A program made the translations under genes and the position numbers. A stretch of 64,000 nucleotides of DNA, taken from positions 1,971 to 65,970 of the forward strand of contig ONLA01000025.1 of assembly GCA_900318495.1 (NCBI GenBank), given 5' to 3'. Positions within the stretch are counted from its first letter, which is position 1, and each line of letters opens with the position of its first letter. Of this stretch, positions 28,307 through 37,225 are shown in pieces. The notes beneath the pieces were generated by a model. That model searched no databases, was not told the DNA's origin, and saw only the letters and a program-made list of their open reading frames with translations. This DNA comes from an uncultured Eubacteriales bacterium. Lineage in GTDB: Bacteria > Bacillota > Clostridia > Oscillospirales > Acutalibacteraceae.

Positions 28307-31000
28307 TTACGGTTTTTGAATTGACGGCGCTATTACCGTTGCCGCAGCCCAGAATACTGCGTAAATCAGTACCTCGAGCGAGCCCATTACGCCGACTCCG
28401 GCGTAAAGCGAAAGCGTTGCGGCTATAAGAAGTCCGATTATTACGGCAATAAGCTGAATCATAACCGCGAGCGAAATGTTTTGTTTGATTTTTACGCAGC
28501 CCGAAACAGCTCTCGACATTGCCGAAGCTTTTCCGTTTGTAATCAGGTAAGAACGCGAGGTTTCCTCAACCGAGCTTTGCGCTTCCTTGAGTACGTTGCC
28601 CAAGCCTGTAGGCAAAACTTTTATGCTGCGGTAAAACAGATTGTACAGCTTTGCGACAAGCTCGTCGCTGATGTTGTGGTCGGTGGTTCTTATCAGGAAG
28701 CTGATTCCGTTGGCCTCGGCGCGCTGCAGCTCGCTTTTAAGCTCGGAATCGGCGTGATATTTAGTCACAAGCATGGCGACAAGTCTGCCCGCGCGCGAAA
28801 GGTAAGTAATTTGTCTGTCATCCTGCGCGTATTTTGCCTCGTAATCGGCGGCAGGGGTTTCAACGTTGTATTTTTCCATTAGCTGGCGCGAACCAACCAA
28901 AATACGCTCGCCGTTAATCCAGCCAACCAAGCCAAGCTCGTCCTCATACAGCACCGACTCAACCTCGGGCAGACTTCCGTTTGTTTCGGTAACAACCGAA
29001 TCAAATGCGTTTGCAATCGGGTTGCCTGCCTCTTTAAGAATCGCGATACCGCAAAGCAGCGACTCATCAACGTTGAATTCCTCAAAGGTTTTAATCCCTT
29101 CAAGCTCGATAGTGTCGGCAGGGAACAGCTCGTTGGCGTCGAGCATTATAGCGGTGCTGTCGCAAAACTGCTTAATTGAAGGGTAACCGGCAATCATTGA
29201 GCCGTATTCATTTAAATTTTTGCACAGTCTTTTTACCGGGAAGTTGACCGCGAGCAGCGTCGCGACAGGCACGCCGAGCGCGGTAATCAAGGCAAAGGTG
29301 TTAACAGCGTCCGAAAACGACAGCTTTACAACGCCGTACAACAGCGCTACAGCAAGCGCCGCGACTGTGGTGACGGGCGCCATTTTTGAAGCCAAATCCT
29401 CGCTCGGGTCCGGAGCATAGGAGATTTTAAGAAAATTCGAGGGGAACTTTGTTTTGTGCTGGTACGCAATCAGAGTTTTTTCCGATGTGGTTCCGCTTAT
29501 CATTTTGTTGGCAACGCTCTCGTTGTTATAAATTTTCGCGGCGTATTTTTGTCCCTTGGCGGATACAAAGCGGAAGTTTTCCCTTACTCTCATAACCATC
29601 AAAAGCTTGCCGATATTGTTGGCAAAGAACGCCAAAAGCACAATCGAGCAGTAATAGTTGATGTTAAAGCCTGACATATCGCCCAGGCAGAAAAAGCTTA
29701 CCACCGTTTGAATTGCCGCGGCCGCGGCCGCAATTGCCACGGCGGTGTCGGAATTGCCCTTGAATTTAAGTATTGGCATAAGCCCGTTGGACATCGCCAC
29801 GCGGTTTAGCGCGATTGACGAGCCTATGAGAAGAAAATTAAACACGGCGTACGCCGCCGGAGCAACCGGTATTACCGATATTATACCCTCGGGAAAAACC
29901 CTGACAATGATTGTAATTATTATGGCTACGGCTGCGATTATTCCCGAAATAAGACTGCGGAAAAACAGCTTTTTAATGTTGGAGCTAAGCTCATAACGGA
30001 TGCTCGCCTCGTCATCCTCGCAGGTGTAGTCCTCGACGGGACTTGATTTTTCCTTGGGAGTGTCGGTATCGTCCGATTCGTCCTTTGAAAAGAAGCCTAC
30101 AACCGCCGACATTATTTTTTCCTGCGTGCTGCGTGTATCCTCGGGCTTTTCGTCCTTTTCAGGCTCCGGCTTTGGTTCCTGCCTGATTACATGAGTCATT
30201 ACCGACGGATTCTTAGACCGTATATATTCCTCGTACTGTCCTGCGACAACGTCCGAAAATCTGCCTGCCTTAACATTCAGAATATTTGAAGGCTCGTCAA
30301 GCTGATACACGGGAACCCTTGAAACTACCTTCTCGGAGGCTTTGCCGTTGTCCTCCGGCAGCATTTCCTTATACTTTTCCTTGCTTTCCTTTTCCCTGCG
30401 GCGGGCTTCTTCGTCATAGCTTTCGCTGTCAAGGTCAATGTCAATTGAATTTATGCTTTCTATTTTGCCCGATTCGCGGAATTGATCAAGCTCGCCTATA
30501 ACTTCTCCGGCAAACTGAGTTCCTTCGGCATATTCCGGAGTAAGCGTTACAATTTTATTGCTTTGGGGCTTTGGCTCCCCGGCAGGCTGCTGTCCGGTAT
30601 CCTCCTGCTTGTTTCCGTCGCTATTCTGAGGTTCCGCCTGCGCGGCTTCAAGCTGTTCGGGAGTTCCAACGCTTTCTGAGCTGCCGTCCATCATAAGCTC
30701 GGTTTGCATTGTCGTGGCGGTTTTATCGCCTACGATGCTGTTTTCGGACTTTCGTTTAAGAATTTTTCTGTCCTTTTTCTTTTTTTCCTCAACAACTGTC
30801 AGCGGATCGGCGTTTGTCAGCCTCGGTTTTTTATCGGCGTTACTGAAAATATCCTCAACCTTTGGCTTTGCGCGGTACCTTTGAGCGGTTTTCTTCATCT
30901 GCTCAGATTCCGCAAGTTCGTGACTTTCTTCGAGGATGCTTTGAATTTCAAGTTCCTTTAACAAATTCTCTCTTTTATCCTGATCCGGCAAAGCTGTCAC
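28307..31000 (-). CDS. Degenerate P1B-type ATPase-like membrane protein with long acidic N-terminus
   Basis: TM pattern and C-terminal P/N-domain-like segments (LVGSRQLM, KIKQNI) but no DKTGT motif. Confidence 0.6.
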   Translation of the reverse strand: MTALPDQDKRENLLKELEIQSILEESHELAESEQMKKTAQRYRAKPKVEDIFSNADKKPRLTNADPLTVVEEKKKKDRKILKRKSENSIVGDKTATTMQTELMMDGSSESVGTPEQLEAAQAEPQNSDGNKQEDTGQQPAGEPKPQSNKIVTLTPEYAEGTQFAGEVIGELDQFRESGKIESINSIDIDLDSESYDEEARRREKESKEKYKEMLPEDNGKASEKVVSRVPVYQLDEPSNILNVKAGRFSDVVAGQYEEYIRSKNPSVMTHVIRQEPKPEPEKDEKPEDTRSTQEKIMSAVVGFFSKDESDDTDTPKEKSSPVEDYTCEDDEASIRYELSSNIKKLFFRSLISGIIAAVAIIITIIVRVFPEGIISVIPVAPAAYAVFNFLLIGSSIALNRVAMSNGLMPILKFKGNSDTAVAIAAAAAAIQTVVSFFCLGDMSGFNINYYCSIVLLAFFANNIGKLLMVMRVRENFRFVSAKGQKYAAKIYNNESVANKMISGTTSEKTLIAYQHKTKFPSNFLKISYAPDPSEDLASKMAPVTTVAALAVALLYGVVKLSFSDAVNTFALITALGVPVATLLAVNFPVKRLCKNLNEYGSMIAGYPSIKQFCDSTAIMLDANELFPADTIELEGIKTFEEFNVDESLLCGIAILKEAGNPIANAFDSVVTETNGSLPEVESVLYEDELGLVGWINGERILVGSRQLMEKYNVETPAADYEAKYAQDDRQITYLSRAGRLVAMLVTKYHADSELKSELQRAEANGISFLIRTTDHNISDELVAKLYNLFYRSIKVLPTGLGNVLKEAQSSVEETSRSYLITNGKASAMSRAVSGCVKIKQNISLAVMIQLIAVIIGLLIAATLSLYAGVGVMGSLEVLIYAVFWAAATVIAPSIQKP

Positions 31001-31758
31001 TTCCTTTCTGTTCTGCCGTCCATCGCACGGTACATCAAAATGCCTGCCGCGACAGAGGCGTTTAGTGAATTTATATTACCCTTCATCGGCAGTGAAACAA
31101 TAACATCGCATTTTTCGCGAACAAGACGGGAAAGTCCCTTGCCTTCGTTTCCTACAACAATGGCACAGGCGCCTGAAAAATCACACTTCCTGTAGTCGGT
31201 GCCGTTCATATCGGCTCCGTAAACCCACACGCCCCTCGATTTTATGTCGTCAATCAGCGAAGCAATGTTTGTTACCCTTGCAACACGCATATACTCAACC
31301 GCGCCCGCAGAGGCTTTTCCTACCGTGTAGCTCAGTCCGGCGCTTCGGCGCTTGGGAACTATTACTCCGTGAACGCCGGCACATTCCGCGGTTCGTATTA
31401 CCGCGCCGAGGTTGTGCGGATCCTCAAGCTCGTCCAAAATTATAATAAACGGAGCCTCGTTTTTGCTTTGGGCGTATTCAAAAATTTCGCCAACGGTGCA
31501 GTAATCCTTTACCGCCGCGAAGGCGACAATTCCCTGATGGGGAGCGCCCGAGCTTATGTAGTCAAGCTTGGCGCGGTCAACCTCCTTGACAGGAATCTGT
31601 TTATCCCTTGCTTTGGCAAGAATTCCCACAACAGCGCCGCTTTTTTCACCTTTGGCAACAAGGATTTTGTCAATCGGTCTGTTGCCGCGCAATGCCTCGC
31701 TTACGGGATTTCTGCCCGAAATTACGTCAGATTTTCTTTCAGTGTTCTTTTCTTTCAT
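30997..31758 (-). CDS. rlmB: 23S rRNA (Gm2251) 2'-O-methyltransferase, TrmH family
   Basis: GRNPV, HQGIVA, DPHNLGA..R, GNEGKG, SLNASVA. Confidence 0.93.
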   Translation of the reverse strand: MKEKNTERKSDVISGRNPVSEALRGNRPIDKILVAKGEKSGAVVGILAKARDKQIPVKEVDRAKLDYISSGAPHQGIVAFAAVKDYCTVGEIFEYAQSKNEAPFIIILDELEDPHNLGAVIRTAECAGVHGVIVPKRRSAGLSYTVGKASAGAVEYMRVARVTNIASLIDDIKSRGVWVYGADMNGTDYRKCDFSGACAIVVGNEGKGLSRLVREKCDVIVSLPMKGNINSLNASVAAGILMYRAMDGRTERK

Positions 31759-31844
31759 GCCAAATCCTCGCATTAACTCGAAAATTATTATATTCCTCTT
31801 AATTATAACATATTTTTTTAAAATAAGATAGTCTTTTGCGCAAA

Positions 31845-32411
31845 TTATTTACTCACCAATACATCCGCGCCGAAATCGTAGCCGAGCGGCGGAATTCCGT
31901 ACTGTCCCGATATTCTGTCGGCAAAAAGCGGACTGCCGGGCGGAAAGGGCGTAAAGCTGAAATAAAAAGCAAGAAGCAGGAAAAGCGTGCACAGCGCGAC
32001 GGAAAAGTAACGTTCCGGTTTCAGACGGCTTTTGAAAAGAATCACGGAAAAAATCTGAGCTGCCGTTACCGTCAGTAAGGATATTATCATTTCCGCAACA
32101 CCGTTCGGGTTTGATTTTGTAAAAAGGTAAGACAAGGGCAGATACACAGCGAGTATAAGACACAGCGCCGAGGTTTTTATAACAGTGAATCTGCGAAGCT
32201 TTTTGCCGAGGCACAAAAGCTCAACAGCAGACCACACAAGGTACGGCAAAAAGAGCGTTTTCGCATATTCCCATACGCTTGAGTTCACGCTGCCGAACAG
32301 CACGCCCGACAGTCCGTAGTTTGACAGCGCGTATAAATTCCTCATAAATATACAGCCTGCCGCCGTAAAAAAAATCCCCGTGATTTCCATATAATTTGAC
32401 TTTTTGTGCAA
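31845..32411 (-). CDS. Membrane protein (DUF6512-like)
   Basis: VNSSVWEY.K motif, ~5 TMs, FTPFPP..PLF.D. Confidence 0.65.
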   Translation of the reverse strand: MHKKSNYMEITGIFFTAAGCIFMRNLYALSNYGLSGVLFGSVNSSVWEYAKTLFLPYLVWSAVELLCLGKKLRRFTVIKTSALCLILAVYLPLSYLFTKSNPNGVAEMIISLLTVTAAQIFSVILFKSRLKPERYFSVALCTLFLLLAFYFSFTPFPPGSPLFADRISGQYGIPPLGYDFGADVLVSK

Positions 32412-32530
32412 ATTGAATACACCTCTGAACGATTACAAAATTGAATTATTTTTATTTGGAATTATAACGACGTTTTTTATTTCCAGTAAAGAAATTATAC
32501 TTTTTGTATAGTTCTTTATTTTCAAATAAA

Positions 32531-32651
32531 TGTGGAAAACTATGTGGAAAGTGTTAATCAACTGTTATGGACAAAGTGTTTTAAAGGCAATATTTTCCGC
32601 AGTTATCAGATTGTACGAAGGTTTTTAATATTTTCCACATAGTTATTAACA
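32531..32651. promoter_or_regulatory. DnaA-box cluster in AT-rich intergenic region
   Basis: TGTGGAAAA 32531, TGTGGAAAG 32543, TGTTAATCA 32552, TTTTCCGCA 32593, TTTTCCACA 32631, TTATTAACA 32643. Confidence 0.65.
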
Positions 32652-32773
32652 TTCTAAATTAGAATAATTTCAACTACAAATTGTATAATTTGAAAGTCAA
32701 TGATGTTGCGGGAATAATTAAAAATTCATTTTTTACATACACAAAAATATCATCACCGGTTATTACAAAATCA

Positions 32774-33280
32774 TTACAAAAACGCGTTTACGGTAATTAC
32801 GCTTACCGCGAAAGCGGTTAAATCCGCCGCTATTGCCGCCGCAAGGGTGTGACGCAGGTTTTTGACTCCGATACTTCCGTAATACATCGCGATTGCGTAA
32901 AAAGTGGTTTCACTTGAACCCGCTATAACCGACGCCACCCTTCCGGCAAAGCTGTCGGGACCGCACTGTTCAAATACACCTATCAGCAGCGCGCTTGAGC
33001 CGCTTCCCGAAACAGGGCGCAGCATAGCCATCGGCACGACCTCTTTCGGAAAACCGATAAAATCGGCGGCAGGCTGAACAAAGCCGCATATAACGTCTAC
33101 CGCTCCGCTGGAACGCAAAAGGTTTACGGCGAACACAAGTCCGATTATTGTGGGCGCGATCTTGTAAAGCACACCAAGTCCCTCGCGCGCCCCCTTGGCG
33201 AAGCAGTCAAACACGGGCACACGTTTTATAAGCCCGAAGGCAACAATAACAGCCGCGAAAAGCGGCATTGCGAATTCCAA
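32774..33280 (-). CDS. spmB: Spore maturation protein B
   Basis: RPVSGSGS, GSSETTFY..AMYYGS. Confidence 0.92.
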   Translation of the reverse strand: MEFAMPLFAAVIVAFGLIKRVPVFDCFAKGAREGLGVLYKIAPTIIGLVFAVNLLRSSGAVDVICGFVQPAADFIGFPKEVVPMAMLRPVSGSGSSALLIGVFEQCGPDSFAGRVASVIAGSSETTFYAIAMYYGSIGVKNLRHTLAAAIAADLTAFAVSVITVNAFL

Positions 33281-33281
33281 C

Positions 33282-33869
33282 TTATTTCCTCCCGATTTTG
33301 GTTTTGTTTATTCCAACTGCAATGGCAAGCGCTGCCGCAAGCGCGCACGCCGAGCTTATCCAAACGCAGGGCATTATTTCAAACGGCGCTTTGCTGCCGT
33401 AGGTTTGTCTTAGCGTACCGAGCATTGTGGGCAAAAGCTGCAGCGACGCCGTGTTCATCACCACAAAAACAATCATCTCGTCGCTCGCGGTTTTGCTCTG
33501 TCCGTTAATACGGTTAAGTCCCTGCATCGCCTTTAGTCCGAACGGAGTCGCGGTGTTGCCGAGACCGAGAAGATTCGCGCTGATGTTCATTGTTATACTG
33601 CCGAAGGTTTCGCCGCGTGGGTCAAGATTAGGGAAAAGCAGTCTTAGCAAGGGCGTGAACAGCCTTGCGATTATAGATGTAAATCCGCTTTGCTCCGCAA
33701 TTTTCATTATCCCCGACCAAAGACACATCACACCTGCCATTGTCATAATCAGTTCGATTGCCGCCGCTCCGCTGTCGATTACAGCGTTTGACAGCTCGTG
33801 CGTGTTGCCGCAGACAACCGAGCAGATGATACTGACAATTACAATGGCGCTCCAAATGTAATTAAGCAT
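33282..33869 (-). CDS. spmA: Spore maturation protein A
   Basis: MLNYIW, LWSGIMKIA, ANLLGLGN.ATPFGLKAM. Confidence 0.92.
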   Translation of the reverse strand: MLNYIWSAIVIVSIICSVVCGNTHELSNAVIDSGAAAIELIMTMAGVMCLWSGIMKIAEQSGFTSIIARLFTPLLRLLFPNLDPRGETFGSITMNISANLLGLGNTATPFGLKAMQGLNRINGQSKTASDEMIVFVVMNTASLQLLPTMLGTLRQTYGSKAPFEIMPCVWISSACALAAALAIAVGINKTKIGRK

Positions 33870-34009
33870 AAATTCCTCATTTCAACAAAAGGCATTATTT
33901 TATCATTAAATAAGACAAATATAAATTATATTGTTAGTGTTTTGACAATTATTGACAAATCATCCGTGAAATGGTAAAATGAATTAACCTCCCCGAAAGG
34001 AGTGCGGCT

Positions 34010-34249
34010 ATGATTTTTACAAATTTTAAAGAAATAGACGGCGCCGGCCGAATCGTAATATCCAAGGATATTCGAAAACATCTTAACATTAAGCCCGGTG
34101 ATGTTCTGCATATCAATGCCGACGACGAGTGTATTACCATAAAAAAAGCCGAGAAAAAATGTGTTTTCTGCAATTCGCCGCAAAATTTGATTGAGTTTGA
34201 GGGCAAGTATGTATGCCGCGCCTGTGCCGAAAAGCTCTCTCATAAATAA
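34010..34249 (+). CDS. abrB: AbrB family transition-state regulator
   Basis: ID.AGRIVI.KDIR, CVFC...VCRAC C-terminal motif. Confidence 0.8.
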   Translation: MIFTNFKEIDGAGRIVISKDIRKHLNIKPGDVLHINADDECITIKKAEKKCVFCNSPQNLIEFEGKYVCRACAEKLSHK

Positions 34250-34264
34250 ATATATATTTAGAAC

Positions 34265-34882
34265 GTGAAATTTATGAATCACAACCGTGAAACAAAAATT
34301 TATCTTGCGGATATTAACCGCGTTAATAAAAGTCATTTTGAATTAATCAGTTCCGAACGCGCTGAAAAAGCTATGCGTTATAAAATGGAAGCCGACAAAA
34401 AACGCAGTGTTGCCGCAGGAATTTTGCTGAGCCGGTTTTTGCCGGGCGCGGAAATTTACACAGATGAATTCGGCAAGCCGAGAGCTAAAAACGGCGGGTG
34501 CTTTAACCTTTCACACAGCGGAGATTACGCGGTATTGGCTGTTTCGGAATGTGAAACAGGCGTTGACATTGAAGTGTTCAGAAGGGTTGACGCACTGAGA
34601 ATGGGGAAAATTGTTTTCTGTCAAAACGAGATGAATATGCTTGAAGCCGAAGGGGACAGACTAAGGCTTTTTTTTGAATTTTGGACAAAAAAAGAAGCCC
34701 TGCTGAAATGTATGGGCAAGGGCTTTCACAGAAACGCGAAAAGCGTTGACGTGAGCGGAGATTGCTTTGAGGAAAACGGAAAGCGTTATTTTTTTAAAAC
34801 CTACCGTTTTTCCGATTACACACTGTCGGTGTGCTCCGAAAAAAACAATTTTCCCGATAATTTGGAATTTATTGAAATATAA
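34265..34882 (+). CDS. Sfp-type 4'-phosphopantetheinyl transferase
   Basis: GKP, FNLSHSG, GVDIE, WTKKEALLK. Confidence 0.9.
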   Translation: MKFMNHNRETKIYLADINRVNKSHFELISSERAEKAMRYKMEADKKRSVAAGILLSRFLPGAEIYTDEFGKPRAKNGGCFNLSHSGDYAVLAVSECETGVDIEVFRRVDALRMGKIVFCQNEMNMLEAEGDRLRLFFEFWTKKEALLKCMGKGFHRNAKSVDVSGDCFEENGKRYFFKTYRFSDYTLSVCSEKNNFPDNLEFIEI

Positions 34883-34941
34883 TACTATAGTATAAACAAA
34901 GCTGCCGGTTCAATCGTTTTGACTGAACCGGCAGTAATTAA

Positions 34942-35859
34942 TTATCTGTATCTTTTTCCGCCCTTTGATTTTGGCTTTTTATTGTTTGAAACGGTTGGAA
35001 TATCGGCGGTATCAAACTTTTCCGTATTTTTTAAAGAAGCTTTGTATCCGTCGTTATAATCGCTGTTTGAGCGGAAGTGCGAAGATCCCGCGGAGTGTGA
35101 ACCCGAAGAAGAGGGAACACCCGCCTTTATTTTTTTGCGTCTGATAATTGTAGAAACGATAAGGTAAGTAAAGCCCGCTACGCTTAGAATAACCATTGCG
35201 AGTCCGAGAACAAACAGCATATGACCGTTGTCTTCTTTCGCGGTATTTTTCTGAATAAATGAAAAGTCGTCGCTGTCGGTTTTGCCGCCCTTTGAAGCTT
35301 TTTCAAGACTTGCCTTAATGTCGTTCCAGTCGTTCTTTGAAAGCTCGTTAACATCAATGTTGTTTTCGGTTTTAACCAAAGCTACGGAAGGAGCTGTGCT
35401 TACCGGCGGATCATAGCTTTGGCCGCCGCCTACATAAACATCGGACTGATCGGCGTGCTCGTTGCCGTCGCTGTCGTAATAAACTGAGTTTCCGGAGCTG
35501 CTGTTGTCAGAACTGCCGGAGCTGCCGCTGTCGGTGTTTCCGGAGTTACCGCTGTCGGTGTTTCCGGAATTACCGCTGTTGCCGCCGCTTCCGTCGTCTG
35601 AGCCGCCGCCTCCGCCGTCAACCGGCTCAACATAAACCGGCTCGGTGTAAACAGGCTCGGGAACTACGGGATCGGTATAAACCGGCTCGGGCTCGGGAGT
35701 TATAGGATCGGTATAGACCGGCTCGGGGTCGATTACCGGCGTGTCGCCGCCTTCGGAAGCCTGGCTTTCGGCAAATGCCTGAACAGAGAAAACAGTTACC
35801 GCGCTAACGCAGAAAATCAGTGCTAAAAGAGCTGTAATGAGTCTTGAATGTTTGTTCAT
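34942..35859 (-). CDS. Secreted/membrane protein with PEPVYT and GNSGNTDS low-complexity repeats
   Basis: Signal peptide, Pro/Gly/Ser-rich linker, internal TM, basic tail. Confidence 0.75.
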   Translation of the reverse strand: MNKHSRLITALLALIFCVSAVTVFSVQAFAESQASEGGDTPVIDPEPVYTDPITPEPEPVYTDPVVPEPVYTEPVYVEPVDGGGGGSDDGSGGNSGNSGNTDSGNSGNTDSGSSGSSDNSSSGNSVYYDSDGNEHADQSDVYVGGGQSYDPPVSTAPSVALVKTENNIDVNELSKNDWNDIKASLEKASKGGKTDSDDFSFIQKNTAKEDNGHMLFVLGLAMVILSVAGFTYLIVSTIIRRKKIKAGVPSSSGSHSAGSSHFRSNSDYNDGYKASLKNTEKFDTADIPTVSNNKKPKSKGGKRYR

Positions 35860-35895
35860 ACAAATCTCCTTTCTACACGTTAAGAGATGTGATAA

Positions 35896-37074
35896 TTATT
35901 TCTCTTCCGAACTATTCGCGGCAGGAGCTGTTGTAGCCTTTACAGGCTCAAAGAACATCTTGGGATCAAAGCCGTCAACCGCGCCGTTCTTTTCGTATTT
36001 AAGGTCTTTTGCAAGATCTTTAAGATATTTTTCAAAGTCCTCGTTCTTCATATTGTAAAGAACCTGCTTCTTTTGCTCGCCGTCCTTGAGGTATGTCTTC
36101 GCAACCTCGTTAATGCTGTCTTTGTAGATGAAGTAAAGCATAGCGTTTTCTTTTTCGCCGACAGTAATTGTAGTCGCTTTCTTGTCGCCGAGTTTTTCAA
36201 GAGCTTTCTTGAAATCGTCGCCCATTGTAATGTTTTCAAGCGCTTCGGTAGCGGAAGTGGGCTCAATTGTGTCGTCGCCGCTCTTCTTCTGATAAGCCTT
36301 TGTTACGTCGTCAAGTGATTTTCCCTTGTCGTTGATGTCCTTTGCGTAACCTCCGAACTGATCCTTAAGCTCCTTAATTTTCTTGTCGTCCATAGCGACA
36401 TTGCTCTGCTGACCTGCTTCGTCGGTTGTGGCTGTGTACAGCGGTGTGCTTAAATAGCTGTAGCTTACATATTTTTCGGTAAAGTGCTTTTTAAGCTCTT
36501 CATCCTTAACCTCCTGAGAACCGCCCTCGCTGTAAATAGTAGTAAACAGGGCTTCCTTCAGAATGCTGACGTCGGCGTTAACATAGCTGAAGCTTTCAAG
36601 CGAGACACCGAATTTTTCATATGACTGCTGCAAAGCCGGAGTCTGCTGGTACTGCTGCTGAACGCCAACCTCCCAGTACTGCTTTGCCTGGGTGCGAAGG
36701 GTTTCAAGACTTGCTTCGTCATAAGTAGCCTTTTCTTCCTTAATCTGCTTTTCAACAACAAGATAACTGATGCAGTCTTCCTCGGCTTTATTTTTAATCC
36801 ACTCGCGGGCAACCTTCTTGTTGCCGTCGTCGTCAGTGATTTCCATGTCGAGCCAGGAATCCTTTTCGCTGTTATAATCCTTAAGCTTTTCGGCGTAGGT
36901 TTTAGCAGTGCTGTAAGCGTTGCTTAAGCAGTAAATGTAAACGCCGATAGGAAGTTCCTTTTCTTTTGTCTTGTAAGACCATTCTTTGTTAAGGCTGCAG
37001 CCTGTCGCTACCGCAGTGAAGGCAATCATTACAGCAAGTAACAAAGAACCCAATTTGATAATCGAGGGTTTCAT
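35896..37074 (-). CDS. Lipoprotein, distant PrsA/SurA-like foldase
   Basis: Lipobox ATGC; position directly downstream of mfd, where Firmicutes often carry a prsA-like gene. Confidence 0.6.
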   Translation of the reverse strand: MKPSIIKLGSLLLAVMIAFTAVATGCSLNKEWSYKTKEKELPIGVYIYCLSNAYSTAKTYAEKLKDYNSEKDSWLDMEITDDDGNKKVAREWIKNKAEEDCISYLVVEKQIKEEKATYDEASLETLRTQAKQYWEVGVQQQYQQTPALQQSYEKFGVSLESFSYVNADVSILKEALFTTIYSEGGSQEVKDEELKKHFTEKYVSYSYLSTPLYTATTDEAGQQSNVAMDDKKIKELKDQFGGYAKDINDKGKSLDDVTKAYQKKSGDDTIEPTSATEALENITMGDDFKKALEKLGDKKATTITVGEKENAMLYFIYKDSINEVAKTYLKDGEQKKQVLYNMKNEDFEKYLKDLAKDLKYEKNGAVDGFDPKMFFEPVKATTAPAANSSEEK

Positions 37075-37225
37075 ACTTTTTTACCATCCTTAATTCAAAA
37101 TTCCCACGCAGTCCGCAATAGAGCATGGGTGCGTACTTTATAAGTATACACAAAAATTTTTTACTTGTCTACATTTTCTCAAAATTTTATTAAAATTTCA
37201 CAATACTTTCACAAACAAACCATTA

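Noticed and set aside
32412-32773. Definite oriC call
   Set aside because: There is no dnaA, dnaN, rpmH or gidA nearby and no strand switch; kept only as a DnaA-box cluster.
34265-34882. Sfp PPTase plus acpP and AsnB-like gene as a biosynthetic gene cluster
   Set aside because: The genes are 27-30 kb apart among housekeeping loci and no NRPS/PKS domains occur in the window.
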